Below the pieces are notes generated by a model that made no database searches, was not told where the DNA came from, and saw only the letters and a list, made by a program, of their open reading frames with translations. Below, piece after piece: positions 31,984 through 40,099 of a DNA stretch of 64,000 bases. How positions within the stretch are numbered: position 1 is the first letter of the stretch; every line of letters starts with the position of its first letter. Made by a program: the position numbers and the translations under genes. This DNA comes from an uncultured Chloroflexia bacterium. GTDB taxonomy: Bacteria > Chloroflexota > Anaerolineae > Anaerolineales > Villigracilaceae. The DNA lies in the NCBI GenBank assembly GCA_963809585.1, contig CAWEKL010000002.1, positions 46,050 through 110,049 of the forward strand, in the 5' to 3' direction.

Positions 31984-34758
31984 ATGAAAGATCTTTCCCT
32001 GAAAGCCAAGACTTACATGCTCGCTGTATATGCGGTGGGTGCGGGGATCCTCATCTGGCAGCTGACGAAACTAAAGCTGGATGAACCGATCTTCCTGCTG
32101 GCGCTTTGTCTGACGGGCTCTCTGGCCTCCATCTATAAAGTGGATGGGGCCACAATCCGCTCGCACTACTCCATTAATTTTCTGGTCTATGGCTTTACCT
32201 TCGGGCAGCTGGGGATCTCCGCAGCCCTGCTGGTTATCGTGGTATCGAGCATCGTCGAGGGGGTCTGGCATCGCACGAAATGGTACATTCAGGTCTTCAA
32301 CGCAGCCTGCTATGTTGTCGTGATGTACGCGGCCAGTCTGGTCTATGGATGGATCAATCCCCCGATCGATACCAGGTCCATCCTGGAAATCGCGGCGATC
32401 CTTGCCGCGATGGGGGTCTTCACCCTCCTGAATCATGTCATGGTGGGTCTCATCCTCTGGTTCGCCCGCGGGGAGAATTTTCGCAAATCGGGCATCTTTG
32501 AATTTCTGCCTCTGATGATCGACATGACGCTGATGAGCCTCGGCGCCAGCCTGGTCATCGTATGGCATCATAATCCCTATGGCCTGATCCTGTTCCTGCT
32601 GCCGCTTTATCTCATCTACAGCACGCTGCGCGTCCCCGCACTGGAACGCCAGACAGAAATGGATTCAAAGACCGGCCTCTTCAATCATGGTTATTTCATG
32701 CAACAGGTGGAAAATGAGTTGCGCCGGGCCAGTCGCTTTGACCGTCCCGTCTCGATCATCATGGCCGACCTGGACCTGCTCCGAAATATCAACAATACCT
32801 ACGGCCACCTGGCCGGGGACGAGGTGCTGATCAAGATCGCATCGATCCTGAAAGAAGCCGTGCGCGAATATGATGTGGTGGCGCGGTTCGGCGGCGAGGA
32901 GTTCGCCATCCTGATGCCCGAGACGGATATTTCCAAGGCCTTCGCGCGCGCCGAGAGCATCCGCCAGACGATCGCCAGGACCGCCTTTGTCATCCCGACC
33001 AGTGTCACACCCATCAAGGTCACGATCAGCATCGGCATTGCCGGCCGTGAGCGGTTTGACGAGCCTGCGCTGGAGATCATCCACAATGCGGATACGGCCC
33101 TGTATCATTCCAAACTCAAGGGCCGCAACCAGACCTATATCTGTACCAATGAGGCCTATGCCTCTTTCCAGCCTGATCAACCTGTGAACCTGCTGCACAA
33201 AGTGCATGCGGAACCAACCGAAGAGGCATCCCCCGCAGATGCCTGCACAGATCCCGTCACCTATCGGGCAGCGGACGCGGTCCTGGTACGGCCCGGCGAT
33301 ACCGGGCCGGATTCCCGGGTATACGGTACCGAAGCCGAACCTACGCCGGCCCCCGTTAGCGAAAAAGGCATTCGCTTGCAGGTGAACGTGTACATCGGTT
33401 TCGTGATTGCCATCGCGTTGTTCCTGTTCGCCTGGGTTCTGAGACAAACCTTAGGCAATTGGGGATTATCCGAGCCAATCAATGTCCTGGCGCTGGCGGC
33501 CTGCGCGGCTGCCGTCATCTTGACCGAATGGCTCTCCATTGAGCTGTACGTAAAGAAAACGACCATTTCCACCTCGGCCGTGCCTATCCTTGCCGGGACT
33601 CTACTGTTCGGGCCGCTGGCCGCCTTCATCCTGAGCGCGACCTTTGCAGCCACGGCTTTCATTAAATACCGCAGCACTTTCAGCCGCCTGCTCTTCAACT
33701 TTGGCAACCAGATGATTGCCGCGATGATCTATACCGGTCTGATCGCGCTGACAGGCCGGAGCTTTCTGCAGGAGAGCGTGCTGTTCCAATTGATTGCCTG
33801 CCTTGCGGCTTCCTGCATCGTCTACGTGGTGACAACAGCGCAGGTGGCGATGGGCGTGAGCATTGACCTTAAGCAGCCTGCGCTTCAGATCTGGAAGGAG
33901 CAGTATGGCTGGATGCTCACCTCCTACATCGGCATGGGCTTCATCGCCTGTGCGCTGATCTTTGGTTACAAGTACGCCCACCTGCTCGGCATGGCCCTGA
34001 TGGTGGTGCCGATCATGCTCCTGCGACTGAGCCAGAAGCAATACGTCGAAGGAACACGGATCATGGTGAACGAACTCCATGAGAAACAACGGACGCTGGA
34101 GAGGACTTCCGAGGAGATCCAGGCTCTCAACAACGGGCTTCTGGATACCCTGGCAGAAGTAATCGACCTGAGCGACCCTTATGTGCTGGGCCATTCGATA
34201 CGGGTGGCGGATTTGGCCGGGAATATCGCTGTCCGGCTTGGGCTGCATAAGAAACAGATCGCGCTGATCCGCAGTGCCAGCATGCTGCACGATATCGGCA
34301 AGCTGGGCGTTTCCCCATTGATCCTTTCCAAACCTTCGAAATTGACCCCCGAGGAATATGAGAACGTAAAGAAGCATGTCACTCTGGGCTATGCCCTGTT
34401 GGAGAAGAGTCCTTCCCTGAAGCAGCTTGCTCCGATCATCGGGGGGCACCACGAACGCTATGACGGAAAAGGGTATCCTCACGGGCTGCGGGGCAGTGAC
34501 ATTCCATTGGAAGCGCGGATCATCGCGGTCTGCGATGCCGTCGAGACCATGAATTCGGACAGGCCATATCGAAGACGGCTACCCGTGACGAGCATCATTG
34601 AAGAACTGGAAAATTGTTCCGGGACACAGTTCGATCCGCAAGTGGCGCAGGCTGCCATACAATTATTGACCCCCCTCATCGCATTGGATCGTGCGGTCGG
34701 GGATCTGGATGCATCGCCGGAGGTCGGCCCCTTGGTCGTGCCGGTCGCGGATAAGTAA
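31984..34758 (+). CDS. Membrane-bound GGDEF diguanylate cyclase - second TM block - HD-GYP phosphodiesterase
   Basis: An N-terminal block of about 7 TM precedes the GGDEF domain (GLFNHGYF...RFGGEEFAIL). A second multi-TM block follows, then HD-GYP (HSIRVADL...LHDIGKLGV...GGHHERYDGKGYPHGL). The ATG at 31984 (MKDLSLKAK) is preferred over the ORF-track start. Confidence 0.85.
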   Translation: MKDLSLKAKTYMLAVYAVGAGILIWQLTKLKLDEPIFLLALCLTGSLASIYKVDGATIRSHYSINFLVYGFTFGQLGISAALLVIVVSSIVEGVWHRTKWYIQVFNAACYVVVMYAASLVYGWINPPIDTRSILEIAAILAAMGVFTLLNHVMVGLILWFARGENFRKSGIFEFLPLMIDMTLMSLGASLVIVWHHNPYGLILFLLPLYLIYSTLRVPALERQTEMDSKTGLFNHGYFMQQVENELRRASRFDRPVSIIMADLDLLRNINNTYGHLAGDEVLIKIASILKEAVREYDVVARFGGEEFAILMPETDISKAFARAESIRQTIARTAFVIPTSVTPIKVTISIGIAGRERFDEPALEIIHNADTALYHSKLKGRNQTYICTNEAYASFQPDQPVNLLHKVHAEPTEEASPADACTDPVTYRAADAVLVRPGDTGPDSRVYGTEAEPTPAPVSEKGIRLQVNVYIGFVIAIALFLFAWVLRQTLGNWGLSEPINVLALAACAAAVILTEWLSIELYVKKTTISTSAVPILAGTLLFGPLAAFILSATFAATAFIKYRSTFSRLLFNFGNQMIAAMIYTGLIALTGRSFLQESVLFQLIACLAASCIVYVVTTAQVAMGVSIDLKQPALQIWKEQYGWMLTSYIGMGFIACALIFGYKYAHLLGMALMVVPIMLLRLSQKQYVEGTRIMVNELHEKQRTLERTSEEIQALNNGLLDTLAEVIDLSDPYVLGHSIRVADLAGNIAVRLGLHKKQIALIRSASMLHDIGKLGVSPLILSKPSKLTPEEYENVKKHVTLGYALLEKSPSLKQLAPIIGGHHERYDGKGYPHGLRGSDIPLEARIIAVCDAVETMNSDRPYRRRLPVTSIIEELENCSGTQFDPQVAQAAIQLLTPLIALDRAVGDLDASPEVGPLVVPVADK

Positions 34759-35074
34759 GACAATAAACTGCACCACCTAAAACCTTCCCTGAAGTCCCTC
34801 CACAACTGGATCGTATCGCTTCGGCTGTTTCTTCCTGTTGTTATAATCCCAGTGTGCCTCTCATCCTTTCGATCTCCATCGTCAGCCAGTGCCGGCTGGC
34901 CCTGGAAGAACGCCACTCCCTCCGCAATACGTCGAGAGTTCTCCACGAGGGTGCTCTCGCGAATGGCTCTCGGGGCCACTTTGCCCGCTCGGCCGCCGGA
35001 ACAATTGATAACAAATAGGGAGCGGAAACCAACGATCAAAGAATAGAGCGCAGCGAGCCAGGAGCCTATCGAAG

Positions 35075-35157
35075 AAAAGAGGTAGAAATCAAGCACCCCG
35101 GCCAAGTTTGGACGGGGTGGCATGAGCCTGGAAGGGGAAAGAGGTCCTGATATCACA
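35075..35157 (-). ncRNA. Candidate short divergent transcript (copy C); hypothetical
   Basis: It lies downstream of the minus-strand promoter at 35164-35192. It has a CU-rich 5' part (CTCTTTCCCCTTCC), then hairpin CACCCCG-N12-CGGGGTG (35094-35119) followed by CTTGATTTCTACCTCTTTTCTT on the minus strand. Confidence 0.3.
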
Positions 35158-35163
35158 GAGGAT

Positions 35164-35192
35164 ATTGTATAGAATATATGTTCTGGAGTCAA
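35164..35192 (-). promoter_or_regulatory. Near-consensus sigma70-type promoter on the minus strand (copy C)
   Basis: The minus strand reads TTGACT (complement of 35187-35192), a 17-nt spacer, then TACAAT (complement of 35164-35169). Confidence 0.5.
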
Positions 35193-35382
35193 GCGATGAG
35201 CAATGAGGGGGGACCCGGCACCGGATGACTTCCCAGTGACATTCTTCCCTTCCCGGCACGCCTGGGATTTGCTACACTCAATGTACCGCTCGCAGGTGGG
35301 GAGTTGGAACTTGCCCCGGGTTATAGACGGATGGCGTTGGAGGTGGAATGGGAATGACGCAAAAGGGGAGACCTTGCGGTCG
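35166..35382 (+). repeat. Conserved leader element, copy C (217 nt)
   Basis: See copy A; same orientation. It ends in GGAGGTGGAATGGGAATGACGCAAAAGGGGAGACCTTGCGGTCG, with a 1-nt deletion relative to A and B inside the mini-ORF. Confidence 0.85.
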
Positions 35383-35519
35383 CGAAAACGGCCCGGTCGG
35401 GCCCCTTACGCTACGCTCGCTTCGCTCGGGGTGCTAAACGCGAAGACCCGGGCCGAGCGAGGGCGTAGCAATTGATCTAGAGTAGTACTAGGTACACGTC
35501 CATAATTTGAGGTTTGACA

Positions 35520-35723
35520 ATGAAAAAATGGTTCACTCCCCGAATAATTATTATTGGTTTGTTTTCTTTGATTATAGCGTTAACGACAGCATATGTTGTT
35601 GGCTTGGCAATTTTGAAAATGCCGCTTTGGTATGTTTCCATCATGGCCTGTTTGGTTATTGTATCCGTTTTGGTAGGGATTTTATTAAGCATTTGGATAG
35701 AACAAAAAGGCCGAAGAAGGTGA
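35520..35723 (+). CDS. Small AT-rich-encoded membrane protein (67 aa, 2 TM)
   Basis: MKKWFTPRIIIIGLFSLIIALTTAYVVGLAILKMPLWYVSIMACLVIVSVLVGILLSIWIEQKGRRR. GAGG lies upstream. The local G+C is clearly below that of the flanks. Confidence 0.5.
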   Translation: MKKWFTPRIIIIGLFSLIIALTTAYVVGLAILKMPLWYVSIMACLVIVSVLVGILLSIWIEQKGRRR

Positions 35724-35726
35724 AAA

Positions 35727-35912
35727 ATGAGTCCAGACCAATACGCAATGATAATTCTGGCGGTTTGTTGCGTGACACTGGAAATTTCGGGGTTTGTGTT
35801 AATGCGGCTTCGCCAACATCCTTCATTTCCCTTCCTGAGGCAAATTGGGAAAATAATATGCTTGATAAGCCCTATAATCTTTCTTTTAGGCATCGTGGCT
35901 TTCTATATTTGA
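35727..35912 (+). CDS. Small AT-rich-encoded membrane protein (61 aa, 2 TM)
   Basis: MSPDQYAMIILAVCCVTLEISGFVLM...IGKIICLISPIIFLLGIVAFYI. It starts 3 nt after the previous stop, and GAAGGTG lies upstream. Confidence 0.45.
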   Translation: MSPDQYAMIILAVCCVTLEISGFVLMRLRQHPSFPFLRQIGKIICLISPIIFLLGIVAFYI

Positions 35913-36167
35913 CAACAAAGTAAGAATCAAAGCATAACGAATATGGTTGCAGAGCAATGCGGTGTCGGGGCTGTGACGAGCGGAGGATGCCCGCAGGGAG
36001 AAACCTGCGACCACGACCAGGCGCCCCCCTCCTTTCTGCCGGAAGAACACCGGGACGCTGCGCGGCCCCCAAATGCCCTCCGCTGTCGCCTTCGGCGTGC
36101 TTCGCGAGCTTCGGGGACTATGTGCGCCGAGTTATGGATGGGCATGGTTTGGATAGGCGCATTTAGG

Positions 36168-36263
36168 GGGAGACTCGAGGCCAGCGGCAACCAGACGACG
36201 AGGACGATCAATGGGATGACGCTCACATTAGCCTATGATGCGGAGGGGCAGGTCACTCACATT
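36168..36263 (+). pseudogene. Isolated YD/Rhs-repeat-like fragment
   Basis: GRLEASGNQTTRTINGMTLTLAYDAEGQVTHI resembles one YD repeat (G-x-L...Y-x-YDA-x-G-x). There is no flanking Rhs core and no credible start. Confidence 0.3.
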
Positions 36264-36291
36264 CTCCCGCTGTATAACTACTATTCCTCGA

Positions 36292-36459
36292 TTAACTGCT
36301 TGCCGGCAGCTCCCAGAGTTCCACCTTGTTCCCGTCCGGGTCCATAAACCGGCCAAACTTCCCAAATTCGTATTCCTCGATCTCGCCCAGGATCTCAGCG
36401 CCTCCTTCCTGCACGTGCCGGAGCGCCTCTCCCAGATCATCCACGATCAGGTTGAACAT
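36292..36459 (-). CDS. Truncated VOC (glyoxalase/bleomycin-resistance fold) half-domain, 55 aa
   Basis: MFNLIVDDLGEALRHVQEGGAEILGEIEEYEFGKFGRFMDPDGNKVELWELPASS matches the C-terminal beta-alpha-beta-beta-beta module of VOC proteins. GGAGGAG precedes the ATG. It is below the ORF-track cutoff. Confidence 0.5.
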   Translation of the reverse strand: MFNLIVDDLGEALRHVQEGGAEILGEIEEYEFGKFGRFMDPDGNKVELWELPASS

Positions 36460-36498
36460 GTGGTCTCCTCCAGACGCACGATGCGCTGAAAGATCTTC

Positions 36499-37509
36499 TC
36501 AAGGCATCCTCAGCGTACTGCCCATCAAAATCCCATTCGCCCAGTAGTACCCCGTAGCCCCTTCGGGCAGCAGATCATAAGTCGCTGATCCTTGATAAGG
36601 GATCCGTTCCACCAGCGTAATGTGTGCGCCGTCCAGCCTCTCACCCACCCGCAACGCCCCCAGCCAGCGACCGTCCGCAGTCGGGTGCCCCGGCGAGGCC
36701 CACAGCTCGCGCCCATCGCTCAACCGGATATGGACCACCTGATGTGTGGACGGAACCCTCACACTTCCGAACTTCAAGATTTTCCCAACCACCTTCTCCC
36801 CCGCCGCGTTCATCGTCCAGACTAAATCCCCCATATGCAAATCTTCCACCGGCTCGGCGCCGCGCGGTGTGTCGATGAGCGTCCCTGCCGCCAGACAGAT
36901 GGGACAGGTGAGAAACCCGGGGCTACGTTCCTGCACGTCGATGGAGCCGCGGCCATCTATCGTCCCCTTGACCACAACTCCCTGGCCGCCTTCCTGCCCG
37001 GTCTGGATCTGGAACTGATACACCACGCCTGCCGGCTCAAAATTAACCGCATTCAGCTTCTTATGCTCCCGATAGATCAGCAATTTCTGGTCATCGGTGA
37101 AAGTTGTCAACCCGCTCAGCCCGGTATGACTTAAGACCGCCTGAAATTCCTCCTGATCGGCCTGCAATTCCGGGAAGCGCTCCCGAGCCAGTGACATCTC
37201 ATCATCCCGAGCGACCGGGTAGAAATCAGGATCGCAGAAAAAGAAATCGGGGAATTGCTCAAGCACTTTGTATTTCAATTCGCTGAGCGAGAGTGCTGCC
37301 AAGGGGAGCGTGGGGATGGCGGTTGGCGGTTCCGGCGTCAGAAAGGGGACTTCCGTTCCAGCCGGAAGCACTGTGCCGGCAATCGCTGTGCTGGCCACGC
37401 CGGTCATGACGATGGGAGTGGAACCCCCTCCCCCTTCCCGGGGCAGGATCGGTGCGCACGCACCGAGGAACAGCGCAAACAGGATGGTCAATTCGCCAAA
37501 TCTTCTCAT
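36499..37509 (-). CDS. Lipoprotein with C-terminal Hint (Hedgehog/intein) domain
   Basis: The start at 37509 (MRRFGELTILFALFLGAC, lipobox LGAC) is preceded by AGGAGG. The Hint module begins CLAAGTLIDTPRGAEPVEDLHMGDLVWT and ends ..YDLLPEGATGYYWANGILMGS. Nothing follows the Hint domain. Confidence 0.8.
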   Translation of the reverse strand: MRRFGELTILFALFLGACAPILPREGGGGSTPIVMTGVASTAIAGTVLPAGTEVPFLTPEPPTAIPTLPLAALSLSELKYKVLEQFPDFFFCDPDFYPVARDDEMSLARERFPELQADQEEFQAVLSHTGLSGLTTFTDDQKLLIYREHKKLNAVNFEPAGVVYQFQIQTGQEGGQGVVVKGTIDGRGSIDVQERSPGFLTCPICLAAGTLIDTPRGAEPVEDLHMGDLVWTMNAAGEKVVGKILKFGSVRVPSTHQVVHIRLSDGRELWASPGHPTADGRWLGALRVGERLDGAHITLVERIPYQGSATYDLLPEGATGYYWANGILMGSTLRMP

Positions 37510-37749
37510 ACCAGCCTCCTGATCTTGACTGAGGACTTTCAAACGGGCTCCAGTGTTCCCCTGGCTCAAAAAGTATCGCGCCTTTGCCTTAATCATTGAT
37601 AAAAGAAGGCGCCCTCCGCTCCATTCTGCGGTGCTCCAATCTCCCATGATCCCGTCCCCTAGTCACTCGTCCCTCTTCCCTTCCCTTCAAATTGGATTAA
37701 AATCCCCCCGTCCGGTCCCATTGGGATCTTATCCGTACAAGGAGCCGCC

Positions 37750-40041
37750 ATGCCCGACCCGGCCTTTTTCCAGTGGCAGAACGATGTCCTGCTCAAGACC
37801 ATCTACCCCCTGCGGGAGATGAAACTCCGTGATTTCCTGATCTTCTATCAAGAAATAGACCTGTGGGCGCAGTACAAGTCTGCGAACCTTGCCTCGGTGC
37901 AAAGCGAGTACACCGCCGCCCGCCAGAAAGCCACCCGCGACGCCTACAACATGTACAGCGCCCGCCGGGCTTACTTCCTCAAGCCGGATGCCCGCGCCGA
38001 CTATGCCGCCCTGGCCCCGCTGGACGAAACGGAACTGGCGCGCATCAATGCGCTGCACCAGACCTTCGTCTCCTCCTTCAAATACGCGGACGTGCGCAAG
38101 GAGATCAACTTCGTCACCGACCGCATCTACGAATGGCAGATGCACCGCGACGAGGATCAGCGTCTCGCCGCCTCCAAACTGCGCCGCATCGCCTCCATCA
38201 AGGAGAACAACCCGGCCTATCCCAACATGGCCAAGGAGGAGCAGGAACTCAAGGCGCTCCAGTCCGCGCTGGCGCTGGCGGAGGAGGAACTCAAACGCCT
38301 GTCCTCCTTCCTCGCCTCTTTCGACAAGATCCAGAAGCGCAAGCTCGACCTGTTCCGGGCCAAGGATGACGCCCAGCGCCAGAAGGCCATGCTCGCCCCG
38401 CGCCTGACCGATCTCAACGACCAGGTGGCCTCGGCCCGCCGCAGGAACATCGACCCCAAGCAGATCGCGACCACCCAGACGGATGCCGATAAATTCGCCT
38501 CGCAGATCCGGGACCTCGACCAGACGATCAACACCCCCGAGGAGGCCTTCGTCTCCACATACGTCCCCGAAGGCCCGCTCACCCCGCAGCAGGTCGCGGC
38601 CTGGAAGCTGGAGGAATACAAGGCCAAATTGGACGGCATGAACCACCAGCAACTGCTCGAGGAGATCGTCCAGCGCTTCGTCAGCCAGCCGCAGCGCTAC
38701 CCGCTCTGGCTGCAGTACATGGTCATCCACTTCTCGGGCATGCGCTACGCCAGCGCGCACGGCTCCTGGGCCGACCCCAAGGAACTGCTGATCAGCCTGC
38801 GCTCCGCCGACATCGCGGCGGACCTCAAGACCCTGGGCGAGGAGGGTGTCGCGGCCCTGGCGCAGAAGACCCTTTCCGTCTATACCAGCCCGGCCGCCGT
38901 GCCCGGCGCGCCCAAACTGGCCTCGGCGACCGATCCCGACTGGAAGCAGAAAGTGGCCTGGCATCTCAAGGGCCTCGCCTCTCCCAGCCCCAGCACGCAG
39001 CGCAACGCCCTGCTCAACCTGCGCACGGATGAAGAGAACTACGAGGTCGATGCCCTCGCGCCGGATGCCGCCCTGGAGGCTCTCAAAGCCTATAAGGACT
39101 CCCTGCCGGAGTGGATGTGGAAGGAGATCACCGGCCTGACCCAGCTGCGCGTCACCGAGGCCAAAGACCCCAACTGGAACAAACTGACCTCCGAGGAGCA
39201 GGAGGAGCGCTACTCGCAGGAGGATGCCAAATATCGCCAGATCCTGGATACCTGGGAGAACGCCAACATCACCGGCTGGCGCGAAGAGCACGCCGCCACC
39301 AGCCAGCTCATCGTCACCCGCGCGGTGTGCAACGAGGTGGCCGAGCACATCCAGCACCTGCGCGGCTGGGCGCCTCCCGGCGGCCTGACCCCCAAGGCCC
39401 CCTGGTACAAGAAGGCCGAGACCGAGAACAGCGTCCCCGGAAACCCGCGCCCGTATTACAAGAAGCCCGCGGCGGGCAGCGATTACACCCCGGGCGCCAG
39501 CATCCTGTGGCTGCGCTTCGTGGACAAGGCGCCCAACGCCTGGCAGAAGGCCATCCCCATTTCCACCAAGGCCGGCGAAGGCCTGCTCAACCCGGCCTTC
39601 CTGACCAAAAAAGCCGGCCCTGCGGCGGCCGCCTCGTGGAACTATGCCATGACCGATCCCATCACGCGCACGCGCACCTTCACCAACGACAAGAAGGTCT
39701 CGGTGAAAGTGCTGCAATACCTGCGCTGGATCCACGAGGCCACCGTGGTCGAGGTGGCCGACACCGCAGAGGGGACGGTCGTGCTGACCTTCGAGCCGGC
39801 GCTGCCCTACGAGGACCGGCGCATGTCCTCCATCGGCGTCTTCAAGCACACCCTGCCGGAGATCGTCTCCGAGGGCAGCGAGGACGGATACTTCCGCTCC
39901 TTCGTCGGCTACATCCCGGAGGGGAATGTCCCTTACGACGAATTAAAAGGCATGCTGGATTGGAACAAGATCCTGCGCCGCCCCTTCATGAACCCCCAGC
40001 AATTGGCAGATTACCAGAATAAAAACGTCCGCAAGGTGTAG
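37750..40041 (+). CDS. Large orphan cytoplasmic protein (763 aa), no recognisable domain
   Basis: Uninterrupted ORF with RBS AAGGAG and coding-like composition. No TM or signal was seen. A long charged, probably coiled-coil stretch spans roughly residues 150-290. I recognise no motif. Confidence 0.7.
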   Translation: MPDPAFFQWQNDVLLKTIYPLREMKLRDFLIFYQEIDLWAQYKSANLASVQSEYTAARQKATRDAYNMYSARRAYFLKPDARADYAALAPLDETELARINALHQTFVSSFKYADVRKEINFVTDRIYEWQMHRDEDQRLAASKLRRIASIKENNPAYPNMAKEEQELKALQSALALAEEELKRLSSFLASFDKIQKRKLDLFRAKDDAQRQKAMLAPRLTDLNDQVASARRRNIDPKQIATTQTDADKFASQIRDLDQTINTPEEAFVSTYVPEGPLTPQQVAAWKLEEYKAKLDGMNHQQLLEEIVQRFVSQPQRYPLWLQYMVIHFSGMRYASAHGSWADPKELLISLRSADIAADLKTLGEEGVAALAQKTLSVYTSPAAVPGAPKLASATDPDWKQKVAWHLKGLASPSPSTQRNALLNLRTDEENYEVDALAPDAALEALKAYKDSLPEWMWKEITGLTQLRVTEAKDPNWNKLTSEEQEERYSQEDAKYRQILDTWENANITGWREEHAATSQLIVTRAVCNEVAEHIQHLRGWAPPGGLTPKAPWYKKAETENSVPGNPRPYYKKPAAGSDYTPGASILWLRFVDKAPNAWQKAIPISTKAGEGLLNPAFLTKKAGPAAAASWNYAMTDPITRTRTFTNDKKVSVKVLQYLRWIHEATVVEVADTAEGTVVLTFEPALPYEDRRMSSIGVFKHTLPEIVSEGSEDGYFRSFVGYIPEGNVPYDELKGMLDWNKILRRPFMNPQQLADYQNKNVRKV

Positions 40042-40099
40042 AACGCGGCATGAACGACATGCTATCCTCCCACGGCAAGCTGCAACCAAACAGCTGACT

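Noticed and set aside
34479-35192. A 237-aa minus-strand ORF across the end of the GGDEF/HD-GYP gene and the leader-C upstream region.
   Set aside because: It overlaps a well-supported gene in antisense and has no RBS or recognisable motif. The composition of the non-overlapping part matches the non-coding repeat region.
37729-39849. A 706-aa minus-strand ORF antisense to the 763-aa gene. Similar long antisense or off-frame ORFs occur at 618-1781, 10387-11730, 22730-23788, 24167-25591, 40208-41593, 44459-45787, 54232-55179 and 55218-56066.
   Set aside because: These are Arg/Gly/His/Pro/Leu-rich low-complexity translations, typical of non-coding frames in high-GC DNA. Every one is fully overlapped by a gene with clear family motifs or better coding character on the other strand or frame.
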